Shown here piece after piece: positions 53,077 through 61,851 of a stretch of 64,000 nt of DNA; position 1 is the stretch's first letter; each line of letters begins with the position of its first letter. A program made the translations under genes and the position numbers. The stretch comes from Acidobacteriota bacterium (GTDB lineage Bacteria; Acidobacteriota; UBA6911; JACQSX01): assembly GCA_036507075.1 (NCBI GenBank), contig DASXQR010000003.1, forward strand, positions 43,232 through 107,231, in the 5' to 3' direction. Under the pieces are notes generated by a model. It ran no database searches and had not been told where the DNA came from. It saw nothing but the letters and a program-made list of their open reading frames with translations.

Positions 53077-53928
53077 ATGAAACTAAGTCACAAATACCTG
53101 ATCGAAACAGAAATTACCCGGGTGAATCGAAGAGTGGATCAACCTCTTTCCCCTCATTCCTCCGGTCCCGCTCCCACTCTCCCACTCTCCCGCTCTCCCA
53201 CTCTCCCACTCTCCCACTCTCCCACTCGCCCACTCGCCCGCTCTCTCGCTCTCTCGCTCTCCCGCTTCCTGCTTCGCTGTATCTGCGCAGCTTTATGCCT
53301 GGCCGTCGCGGGCTGTCGCCGCGACATGCAGGACACGCCCCGGTATGAGGCTTATGAGGCAAGCCCGTTCTTTAAGGACGGCCTTTCTTCACGATCCCTC
53401 GTGCCGGGCACGATTCCTCGCGGATATCTTAAAGAGGATCCGGCATTCTATTTCGGAAAATTGGCAGGCGGCGCAGCGCCTGCGCGCGTCCGCACCCCCA
53501 TATTGACCGCCAGTGGGACTGCGACCACTGCTTTGCCGGAGTCGGACCTGATCACCCGGATTCCGCTTTCCGTCACAAGGCCGTTATTGGATCGTGGACA
53601 GGATCGCTTTGACATTTACTGCGCCCCCTGCCATGGGCGTGTCGGTGACGGTGGAGGAATGATCGCGCGTCGAGGTTTTCGTCCGCCTCCCACATTTCAC
53701 AGTGACCGGCTTCGGCAGGCTGCTGCAGGACACTTTTTTGACGTGATAACCAGCGGGTTCGGCGCCATGCCGGATTACGCCTCTCAATTGTCGCCGCAGG
53801 ATCGATGGGGGGTGATTGCCTATATCCGGGCGCTCCAGTTGAGCCAATGGGCTTCAGTTTCAGACGTTCCGGAGGAAGAGCGGCGCAAGCTGGAGATCGA
53901 TCGGCAAGGACCAAAGGTCGCCCGGTGA
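53077..53928 (+). CDS. actE: ACIII monoheme cytochrome c lipoprotein
   Basis: Lipobox AVAGC, DMQDTP, CAPCHG; N-terminus contains an octamer array. Confidence 0.88.
   Translation: MKLSHKYLIETEITRVNRRVDQPLSPHSSGPAPTLPLSRSPTLPLSHSPTRPLARSLALSLSRFLLRCICAALCLAVAGCRRDMQDTPRYEAYEASPFFKDGLSSRSLVPGTIPRGYLKEDPAFYFGKLAGGAAPARVRTPILTASGTATTALPESDLITRIPLSVTRPLLDRGQDRFDIYCAPCHGRVGDGGGMIARRGFRPPPTFHSDRLRQAAAGHFFDVITSGFGAMPDYASQLSPQDRWGVIAYIRALQLSQWASVSDVPEEERRKLEIDRQGPKVAR
53171..53266 (+). repeat. 12 x CTCCCACT-type octamer array, in frame within the actE 5' end
   Basis: Counted 12 degenerate units = 96 nt. Confidence 0.9.
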
Positions 53929-54004
53929 GAAGGCGGAAGGCGGAAGGCAGAAGGCAAGGAGCAGGAGGCAGAAGGCAGAAGGCGGAAGGCAGGCAGGAGG
54001 GTCG

Positions 54005-54158
54005 TCGCACGCCAGCCGAACCGCGCGCGTCAGCAAGCGGACCCTCGATTTTGCGGTTCTCACGGGGCTCTAATCATTCGGAAGCTCTCAGATAGCCTCC
54101 CGGCTGGAATCAGAGTTGGGACTGCGAGGGTCCGCTTGCTGACGCGCGCGGTTCAGCT
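54005..54158. mobile_element. REPIN/MITE-like element, copy 1
   Basis: Inverted ends gaaccgcgcgcgtcagcaagcggaccctcg / cgagggtccgcttgctgacgcgcgcggttc; interior matches 61508-61666 in reverse. Confidence 0.8.
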
Positions 54159-54269
54159 AAGGAGGAGGCGGCAGGAGGCAGGGAGGCAGGCGGCAGGAGG
54201 CAGGGAGGACTATGAAGGGGACGGAACGGTTATGAAGGAGAAGGAAGGGGAGGAGCGGAGGGCTGGGTT

Positions 54270-55484
54270 ATGAAGGAGGCTGACGCGTTTGTAGATGAAC
54301 TTACTCAGCCGCTCTCCACAATCTTTCCGGAGGTGGCAGGCATCCGCCGCAATGCCCTGACTGCCGGAGGCGCGTCGCTGATGTTGAGCGCCATCGGATG
54401 GTTCTTCAATCCCGTTCAGTTTTATCGGTCCTATTTGATCGCTGCCATCTTCTGGCTTGGAGTGGGCCTGGGTTGCCTCTCTATATTAATGGTGCAGTAT
54501 CTTTCGGGAGGCGCGTGGGGACTTGTCATCCGCAGGTTGCTTGAAGCGGGCGCCGGGACTTTGCGGGTAGTTCCCGCTTTGTTTGTTCCACTGGTCTTCG
54601 GCATTCATCAGCTTTACACCTGGTCGCGTGCCGAAGAAGTAAAGCACAGCGAAGTGCTGCAGCAGAAAACCGCGTATCTCAACCTGCCGTTTTTTTCCCT
54701 TAGGGCGCTGATCTATTTTGCCGCGTGGTTTGTTCTCGCACATCTCTTTCAGAATTGGTCGCTGGAACAGGATCGCACCGCGGATCGCGCCATTTTGCGC
54801 CGCCTCCAGCTTTTCAGCGGCCCCGGGTTGGTTCTCATCGCTCTCACCGTTACTTTTGCCTCAGTGGACTGGATCATGTCGCTGGACCCGAAATGGTTCT
54901 CCACGATCTTCGGATTGCTGCTGGCAGCTACGCAGGCCTTGAGCGCTTTTGCATTCGTGGTGGCGCTGTGTGTGTGGCTGCACCGGCGGGGACCGCTGGC
55001 GATGCTTTCGGCGGAACACTTTCAGGACTTTGGGAAGCTTCTTCTCGCGTTTGTGATGGTCTGGGCTTATCTTGGGTTTTCGCAGTTTCTGGTCATCTGG
55101 TCTGGAAATTTGCCCGAAGAGATACCCTGGTATCTGCGCCGGCTGCACGGAGGCTGGAATTGGATGGCGCTGCTGCTGGTTGTTTTCCAATTCGTGCTTC
55201 CCTTTCTCGTTCTGCTTTCGCGTGATCTGAAGCGCAACCCGCGCCTGCTCGGTTTGGTGGCGGGATGGGTGTTCCTAATGAGTTTTGTCCATCTTTTCTG
55301 GATGATCGCCCCTGAATTTCATCATCAAGGCTTTTATCTTCACTGGATGGATGTGACAACACTGGCGGGAGTGGGTGGTCTTTGGTTTGGTTACTTTTTG
55401 ACGCAACTGGGGCGCGCGCCGCTCCTGCCGATTCACGATCCCTACCTGGCAGAGGCGCTCAGTCATGGCGCGAGCCACGCGTAA
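54270..55484 (+). CDS. actF: ACIII membrane subunit F
   Basis: Polytopic; DWIMSLDPKWFSTIFG, FSQFLVIWSGNLPEE. Confidence 0.88.
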   Translation: MKEADAFVDELTQPLSTIFPEVAGIRRNALTAGGASLMLSAIGWFFNPVQFYRSYLIAAIFWLGVGLGCLSILMVQYLSGGAWGLVIRRLLEAGAGTLRVVPALFVPLVFGIHQLYTWSRAEEVKHSEVLQQKTAYLNLPFFSLRALIYFAAWFVLAHLFQNWSLEQDRTADRAILRRLQLFSGPGLVLIALTVTFASVDWIMSLDPKWFSTIFGLLLAATQALSAFAFVVALCVWLHRRGPLAMLSAEHFQDFGKLLLAFVMVWAYLGFSQFLVIWSGNLPEEIPWYLRRLHGGWNWMALLLVVFQFVLPFLVLLSRDLKRNPRLLGLVAGWVFLMSFVHLFWMIAPEFHHQGFYLHWMDVTTLAGVGGLWFGYFLTQLGRAPLLPIHDPYLAEALSHGASHA

Positions 55485-55651
55485 GGACGCACTTGCTGCG
55501 TCCTCGAGTTTTGACATTTACAGCCACGCGGCATGCCGCGCGTTTCGAGTTTCGGCCGTAGAGACGCGGCATGCCGCGTCTGAAGTGGACGCGACATGTC
55601 GCGTCCGGAGCGCCGCAAAGCGGCGCCGGGCGCGATTTATCGCGTCTCTAC
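55481..55651. repeat. Cluster of GTAG-type REP hairpins
   Basis: GTAGAGACGCGGCATGCCGCGTCT at 55558, cgcgatttatcgcgtctctac at about 55631, further hairpins. Confidence 0.8.
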
Positions 55652-55691
55652 GGTTCTGAATTCGCGTCAAAAGCGGTGAGAGATCGTATCG

Positions 55692-56204
55692 ATGAGCCAC
55701 TCAGAAGAGACCCCTGATACCAGCCACATCCAGAACCCGGAAGTTTCTCACGAGCGGAGTGATGTAAGCGTTCGCGGCATCCTGATTTTTGGCGTGGGCC
55801 TGATCATTTCGGCGGTAGTGATTCATCTGCTGCTGTGGTGGTTGATGATTTTCTTTGAGCATCGGGAAATCGCAAAGGAGCCCAAGGCATCACCTATGGC
55901 AGGCGGGCGACAGCGCTTGCCGCCCGAACCGCGCCTGCAACTGGCGCCGGGGCACGAAGTACACCCTGACATTGAAATGAAGAAGCTTCTTGATAAAGAG
56001 CGGGAAGTGCTTGGCAGTTACGGTTGGATTGATCCCGCCTCCGGCGTGGTGAGAGTCCCGATCGAGCGCGCCAAGGATTTGATTGCACAGCGCGGAATAC
56101 GGGAAGGCGGAAGGCAGAAAGCAGAAGGCGGGAGGGAGAAAGCGGAAGGCGGAAGGCAGAAAGCGGAAGGCGGAAGGCAGAAAGCGGAAGGTAAAAAATT
56201 CTAA
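55692..56204 (+). CDS. actG: ACIII subunit G-like single-TM protein
   Basis: HERSDV, one TM, PPEPRLQ, YGWID..VPIERA; position between actF and sco; repeat-encoded tail. Confidence 0.72.
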   Translation: MSHSEETPDTSHIQNPEVSHERSDVSVRGILIFGVGLIISAVVIHLLLWWLMIFFEHREIAKEPKASPMAGGRQRLPPEPRLQLAPGHEVHPDIEMKKLLDKEREVLGSYGWIDPASGVVRVPIERAKDLIAQRGIREGGRQKAEGGREKAEGGRQKAEGGRQKAEGKKF

Positions 56205-56205
56205 A

Positions 56206-57141
56206 ATGCCTGTCGATTGCAGAATGAGGTTTCGGAAGCCTGGTGCCTTGGTGGTAAGAAAAAATGGAACCACCAAGGCACCAAGCCAGGTTTTCCACCT
56301 GGGTGCCGGAAACGGCTGTGTGAAGAGTTACTCAAGGGCGTGGTTAACTTTGATTCTCATTGCCGTCGTGTCCGCGTCGCTTCGCGCCCAGACAGGACTT
56401 CCACCGATGCTGCGCCAGGTGGGAATCCAACAGAGATTGGGCGGACAGATTCCCCTCGATCTGCGCTTTCGGAACGAGCGAAATGAAGTTGTCAGAATTG
56501 GCGACTACTTTGGCGAGCGCCCCGTAGTTCTGGCGCTTGTTTACTACGAATGCCCGATGCTCTGTACTCAGGTCTTGAACGGCCTGGCCGGCGCGCTCAG
56601 AGCGGTGCCGATGGAACCAGGCGAGCAGTTCGACATTCTGGCAATCAGCTTCAACGCGAAGGAAACAGCGGAACTTGCCGCCCGTAAAAAAGAGACCTAC
56701 CTGGAACGATACGGTCGGGCCAGTGCCGGAAAAGGCTGGCATTTTCTTACCGGGGACCAGGAGCCTATCGATCGGCTCGCAGGGTCGGTCGGTTTTCGAT
56801 ACTCCTATGATCCGGCCAGCAGGCAGTTTGCCCATGCCAGCGGCATTATGGTTCTCACTCCCGACGGAAAAATCAGCCGTTACCTTCCGGGAATTGAATA
56901 CGACCCGCGCGATCTGAAGCTGGCGCTGCTGGAAGCATCGGGCGGGCGTATCGGTTCACCTGCCGACCGGCTGCTGCTTTACTGTTACCAGTATGATCCA
57001 GCCACCGGCAAATATGGTCCGGTAATAATGAACCTGGTAAGGCTTTCCGCGATCGCCACAGTGCTGGCGCTCGCCGCATTGATGCTGCTGCTCCGCCGTA
57101 AAAGCGCCCAGCCGGCAGATTCTGAATTCGGGGGAAACTGA
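56206..57141 (+). CDS. sco: SCO family copper chaperone
   Basis: YYECPMLC, WHFLTG, FAHASG; start uncertain. Confidence 0.9.
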   Translation: MPVDCRMRFRKPGALVVRKNGTTKAPSQVFHLGAGNGCVKSYSRAWLTLILIAVVSASLRAQTGLPPMLRQVGIQQRLGGQIPLDLRFRNERNEVVRIGDYFGERPVVLALVYYECPMLCTQVLNGLAGALRAVPMEPGEQFDILAISFNAKETAELAARKKETYLERYGRASAGKGWHFLTGDQEPIDRLAGSVGFRYSYDPASRQFAHASGIMVLTPDGKISRYLPGIEYDPRDLKLALLEASGGRIGSPADRLLLYCYQYDPATGKYGPVIMNLVRLSAIATVLALAALMLLLRRKSAQPADSEFGGN

Positions 57142-57144
57142 TTC

Positions 57145-58170
57145 ATGACCCCGTGGATTCCCTTCATGCCCGAGCGCGCATCGACCTTTGCCTGGAGAGT
57201 CGACGCTCTCTATTTTTATCTTCTCGGTGTGACGATCGTGTTTTCAGTGCTGATTGCAGGGCTGATCTTTTATTTTGCCGTCAGGTACCGTCGCAGGGTT
57301 CCCGACGAAATACCGGAGCCGATCGAGGGCTCGCTCAAGCTGGAAGTTGCCTGGACAGTAATTCCTTTCCTGCTGGCCAGCAGCATGTTTGTCTGGGGGG
57401 CCAGTGTATATTTCTCCCAATACCGCGTTCCGTCCGATGTGATGGAGCTGTATGTCGTCGGCAAGCAGTGGATGTGGAAGTTCCAGCACATAGAAGGCCA
57501 GCGTGAAATCAATGAGCTCCATGTCCCCGTGGGCCGGAAAGTCAAACTGACGCTGGCCAGCGAAGATGTGATCCACAGTTTCTTTGTTCCCGCCTTTCGC
57601 ATCAAGCATGATGTCGTGCCGGGACGGTTTTCAACTATCTGGTTCGAAGCGACCAAGACGGGGCAGTATCATTTATTTTGCGCTGAATACTGCGGCACCA
57701 ATCATTCCGGAATGATCGGTTGGATTCATGTGATGGAGCCGGCAGATTATGAGAACTGGCTGAGCGGCGGCGCAGCGGAAGGCTCCATGGCTTCAATCGG
57801 AGAGAAGATATTTCAGGATCTCGGCTGCATTACTTGTCACAGATCCGACACGCAAGGCAGGGGACCTGTCTTGGCGGGCCTTTTCGGGAAACAGCAGTTA
57901 CTGCAGAACGGAGAGACCATCCTTGCAGACGAGAATTATCTGCGCGAGTCCATTTTGAATCCCCGGGCGAAAGTGGTGCAGGGCTTTCAACCCATCATGC
58001 CTACATTTCAAGGGCAGGTAAGCGAGGAGCAGGTGCTCCAGTTGATTGCCTATATTCGGTCCATCGGCTCGCTGCCGGAAACTGAGCAGCCGTTGCCTGG
58101 AGCGCCGCCTTCCGCGCCGTCCCCTTCCGGCCGAAGAACGCGGCTGCAAACGGCTCCGAAAAACAGATGA
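57145..58170 (+). CDS. coxB: Cytochrome c oxidase subunit II with fused cytochrome c (caa3)
   Basis: [24 protein letters not shown]uA motif, CITCH. Confidence 0.96.
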   Translation: MTPWIPFMPERASTFAWRVDALYFYLLGVTIVFSVLIAGLIFYFAVRYRRRVPDEIPEPIEGSLKLEVAWTVIPFLLASSMFVWGASVYFSQYRVPSDVMELYVVGKQWMWKFQHIEGQREINELHVPVGRKVKLTLASEDVIHSFFVPAFRIKHDVVPGRFSTIWFEATKTGQYHLFCAEYCGTNHSGMIGWIHVMEPADYENWLSGGAAEGSMASIGEKIFQDLGCITCHRSDTQGRGPVLAGLFGKQQLLQNGETILADENYLRESILNPRAKVVQGFQPIMPTFQGQVSEEQVLQLIAYIRSIGSLPETEQPLPGAPPSAPSPSGRRTRLQTAPKNR

Positions 58171-59774
58171 GTACAGCAGCGGCAGAGGTTGAAGCAGGGT
58201 CTAATTACATCAACGTCAGCTACGGCGTGAAGTCGTGGTTGTTAACGCTCGATCATAAACGGATCGCTCTCCTTTACCTGGCATCGGTTACGCTGTTTTT
58301 CTTTCTGGGCGGCGCCTATGCGATCCTGATTCGACTGGAGTTGATGACGCCTGCCGGCGACCTGGTGCAGGCGCATACCTACAATAAAATGTTCACGCTG
58401 CACGGCGTGATCATGGTGTTCTTTTTTCTCATCCCGGCCATCCCGGCTGTTCTGGGAAACTTTCTGGTACCGATCATGATTGGGGCAAAGGATCTGGCGT
58501 TCCCCAGACTGAACCTGGCAAGCTGGTACATTTACATGCTGGGAGCTCTGTTCACGCTTTACGTCGTTCTGAGAGGAGGCGTGGATACAGGCTGGACGTT
58601 TTATACGCCGTACAGCTCGGCCTTCTCGAACACTTATGTGATTGTCACAGGATTGGGAATCTTCATAACGGGATTTTCTTCGATTCTCACAGGCCTCAAT
58701 TTTATCGTCACCATTCATACCATGCGGGCTCCGGGAATGACCTGGTTCCGGCTGCCGCTTTTCATCTGGTCCCACTATGCAACGAGCATCATCATGGTGC
58801 TGGGAACCCCGGTGCTGGCCATCACTCTGGTTCTTCTGATCCTGGAGCGTACTATTCACATCGGGATTTTTGATCCCACGCTGGGTGGAGATCCGATCTT
58901 GTTCCAGCATCTCTTTTGGTTTTACTCGCACCCGGCCGTTTACATTATGGTTCTGCCGGCGATGGGAGTGACCAGCGAGTTGGTGGCCAATATGTCGCGC
59001 AAGTCGATTTTCGGTTACCGGTTTGTGGCGTTTGCCAGCATCGCGATTGCCGTGTTCGGCTTTCTGGTCTGGGGCCATCACATGTTTGTCACCGGCCAGT
59101 CGGTGTATGCAGGGATGATTTTTTCATTTCTGAGCTATGCCGTGGCGATTCCCTCGGCAGTGAAGGTCTTCAACTGGACAGCCACTCTTTACCGAGGCTC
59201 TGTGTCCTGGCAGACGCCGATGCTTTACGCGCTGGGATTCATCGGCTTATTCACCATTGGAGGAATGACCGGCCTTTTTCTGGCAGCGTTAGGAGTCGAC
59301 ATTCACGTGACGGACACCTACTTTGTAGTGGCCCATTTCCACTACATCATGGTTGGCGGCACGCTGATGGGATACCTCGGCGGGCTGCATTTCTGGTGGC
59401 CCAAGATTACCGGCCGAATGTATCCGGAGGCGTGGGCCAGATTTGCGGCCCTGGTCGTTTTTGTCGGCTTTAATCTGACCTTCTTTCCGCAGTTCGTACT
59501 CGGTTACATGGGAATGCCGCGCCGCTATCACGCGTATCCGGAGGAATTCCAGGTTCTGAACGTGATGTCGTCCGCCGGCGCGTCGATCCTCGGGGTGGGA
59601 TTGCTGATTCCGATGGCGTATCTGATCTGGTCGATGCGTTACGGTCGCCCGGCGGGCCCAAACCCCTGGATGGCCGCGGGCTTGGAATGGCAGACCTCGT
59701 CTCCGCCTCCTCCGGAAAATTTCCACGTGACGCCGGTTGTGAGGGAAGAGGCATACACGTTTCGGAAGACGTGA
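58167..59774 (+). CDS. coxA: Cytochrome c oxidase subunit I, type A2
   Basis: [40 protein letters not shown]. Confidence 0.97.
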   Translation: MSTAAAEVEAGSNYINVSYGVKSWLLTLDHKRIALLYLASVTLFFFLGGAYAILIRLELMTPAGDLVQAHTYNKMFTLHGVIMVFFFLIPAIPAVLGNFLVPIMIGAKDLAFPRLNLASWYIYMLGALFTLYVVLRGGVDTGWTFYTPYSSAFSNTYVIVTGLGIFITGFSSILTGLNFIVTIHTMRAPGMTWFRLPLFIWSHYATSIIMVLGTPVLAITLVLLILERTIHIGIFDPTLGGDPILFQHLFWFYSHPAVYIMVLPAMGVTSELVANMSRKSIFGYRFVAFASIAIAVFGFLVWGHHMFVTGQSVYAGMIFSFLSYAVAIPSAVKVFNWTATLYRGSVSWQTPMLYALGFIGLFTIGGMTGLFLAALGVDIHVTDTYFVVAHFHYIMVGGTLMGYLGGLHFWWPKITGRMYPEAWARFAALVVFVGFNLTFFPQFVLGYMGMPRRYHAYPEEFQVLNVMSSAGASILGVGLLIPMAYLIWSMRYGRPAGPNPWMAAGLEWQTSSPPPPENFHVTPVVREEAYTFRKT

Positions 59775-60135
59775 AGGCAGAAGGCAGAAGGCGGAAGGCG
59801 GAAAGCAGAAGGCAGAAGGCGGCAGGCGGAAGGCAGAAGGCAGGAGGCAGGAGGCAGGAGGCAGGAGGCAGAGGCAGGAGGCAGGAGGCAGGAGGAGGAG
59901 GCGTGGTCGACGCCATCAGTACCGCGATCCGCTAGGTCGCGGCGGGGAATGTAAGTCGACTCGTTACCACCACTGGATCGAAGGCGAACGGCGGAAGGCA
60001 GGAAGCGGGAGGCGGGAGGCGGGAGGCGGAAGACAGTTGAACAGAGCCGAGCGCGAAAGGTGGGAGTCGTAACTCGACACTCGTAACCCGAAACCCGATA
60101 ACCCGAAACTCGATAACCCGAAACCCGTAACTCGA
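59775..60135. repeat. Composite insert: GGCAGAA/GGCAGGA arrays, one ~79-bp element, GTAACCC arm
   Basis: Element at 59907-59984; cgtaacccgaaacccgataacccg at 60066-60135. Confidence 0.88.
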
Positions 60136-60149
60136 AGTCAGGAGAAATC

Positions 60150-60809
60150 GTGGCGGAAAGTCATGTCAGTCCCCATCCGGCGCTGGCGCATCATTTTGAG
60201 AATCTGGAACAACAGCGGGAAGCGGGTACGCTGGGAATGTGGGTTTTCCTGGTCACGGAAATCATGTTCTTCGGCGGCATGTTCCTGGCCTATCTGGTAT
60301 ATCGATCGGCATTTCCCCGTATGTTCGCTGAGGCCAGCAGCCAGCTTGACCTGACACTGGGCGCCGTGAACACCGTGGTGCTCATTTGCAGCAGTTTCAC
60401 CATGGCTCTGGCGGTTTTCGGCGCGCAGGTCGGCAACAGGAGGATGCTGGTTTTCTTTTTGCTGCTCACCATTCTGCTCGGCCTTGCTTTTCTGGGAATC
60501 AAGTCCCTCGAGTACCGTCATAAGTTTGAGCATCATCTGTTTCCGGGAAGTCATTTTAGATATCAGGGTTCCAATGCCCGTGAGGCGCAGATTTTCTTCG
60601 GACTCTACTTTGCCATGACCGGCATGCACGCTCTGCATATGATCATCGGTGTGGGTCTGTTGTCCGTGCTGGCGTGGATGGCAAAACGAGGCCGCTTTTC
60701 GCCGGAGTATTTCTCTCCAGTCGAACTTTCGGGGCTTTACTGGCACTTTGTTGACATTATCTGGATCTTTCTCTTCCCGCTGCTCTATTTGATAGGAAGG
60801 CACCCTTAG
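60150..60809 (+). CDS. coxC: Cytochrome c oxidase subunit III
   Basis: GMWVFLVTEIMFFGG, TGMHALH, YWHFVDIIW; AGGAG SD. Confidence 0.95.
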   Translation: MAESHVSPHPALAHHFENLEQQREAGTLGMWVFLVTEIMFFGGMFLAYLVYRSAFPRMFAEASSQLDLTLGAVNTVVLICSSFTMALAVFGAQVGNRRMLVFFLLLTILLGLAFLGIKSLEYRHKFEHHLFPGSHFRYQGSNAREAQIFFGLYFAMTGMHALHMIIGVGLLSVLAWMAKRGRFSPEYFSPVELSGLYWHFVDIIWIFLFPLLYLIGRHP

Positions 60810-61052
60810 AGGCAGGAGGCAGGAGGCAGGAAGCAGGAGGCAGAAGGCAGTTTTTGCCACCGTTTACTCGGCGTTAGGAAAAACCGAACCGCGCGCGTCA
60901 GCAAGCGGACACTCTCAGCTAACCGCCCCCTATCGGTAGACTCTTGACCTTTGCAGGCCATACTCTCCGACTGGGAGCCAGAAGGCAGGGAGCAGGAGGC
61001 AGGAGGGGCCCTGCCCGCGAGCCGAACCGCGCGCGTGAGCAAGCGGACCCTC
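60809..61052. repeat. GGCAGGA arrays with two solo ACCGCGCGCGT(C/G)AGCAAGCGG arms
   Basis: Arms at about 60884-60913 and 61021-61052 in the same orientation. Confidence 0.8.
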
Positions 61053-61134
61053 CTGAGAAACGTAGCGAAATTTAAGAATCAAATGACAATAATCAGGAGT
61101 TCTTGAATCTTGAATTCGTAATTCGTAAATTTTT

Positions 61135-61425
61135 ATGCATATCGTCCCTCGCAAAACTTACCTGCTGATCTTTGTAACACTGTTGGCGCTGACGGCTCTC
61201 ACGGTGGCCGCGGCATTCGTCAATCTGGGACGGATGAACGCCGTAGTAGCGCTTACGATCGCCTGCGTTAAAGCTCTTCTGGTTACTCTCTATTTCATGC
61301 ATGCGCGATACAGCTCAAAGCTCACGTGGGTCATCATCGCCTCGGGGGCGCTGTGGCTCGGCATTATGCTCACTTTGACCATAACCGACTATCTGAGCCG
61401 CGGCGCGATGGGAACTTCGCTGTAG
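61135..61425 (+). CDS. coxD: caa3-type oxidase subunit IV
   Basis: Three TM helices, KALLVTLYFMH motif. Confidence 0.88.
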   Translation: MHIVPRKTYLLIFVTLLALTALTVAAAFVNLGRMNAVVALTIACVKALLVTLYFMHARYSSKLTWVIIASGALWLGIMLTLTITDYLSRGAMGTSL

Positions 61426-61773
61426 CAGAAGGCGGAAGGCAGAAGGCAGAAGGCGGAAGGCGGAAGGCAGGAGGCAGAAGGCAGGAGGCAGGAGGCGGGG
61501 GGGCTTGGCACGCCGGCCGAACCGCGCGCGTCAGCAAGCGGACCCTCGCGGTCCCAATTCTGATTCCAGCCGGGAGGCGTTCTGAAGCTTCCCGATGATT
61601 AGAGCCCCCTGAGAACCGCAAAATCGAGGGTCCGCTTGCTTGACGCGCGGTTCGGCTTGCGTGCGAGGATCCTCTTACCTCCTGCCTCTTGCCCTCCTGC
61701 CTCCGGCCCCCGCCTCCTGCCTCCTGCCTCCTGCCTCCTGCCTCCTGCCTCCTGCTTCCTGCCTTCCGCCTTC
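61425..61773. mobile_element. GGCAGGA/TCCTGCC arms enclosing REPIN/MITE-like element copy 2 (61508-61666)
   Basis: Left array 61425-61497, right array 61677-61773; interior is the reverse complement of 54005-54158. Confidence 0.8.
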
Positions 61774-61803
61774 CTCCACCGAGAACCTTTCTGCTAAATA
61801 GGG

Positions 61804-61832
61804 TTGCGAATATGGTACCAAACTGGTACTAT
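61804..61832 (+). promoter_or_regulatory. Putative suf promoter with overlapping palindromic operator
   Basis: TTGCGA-17 bp-TACTAT with TG extension; ATGGTACCA-aac-TGGTACTAT palindrome at 61812-61832. Confidence 0.6.
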
Positions 61833-61851
61833 TTATATGGGAGCGTTGGTT

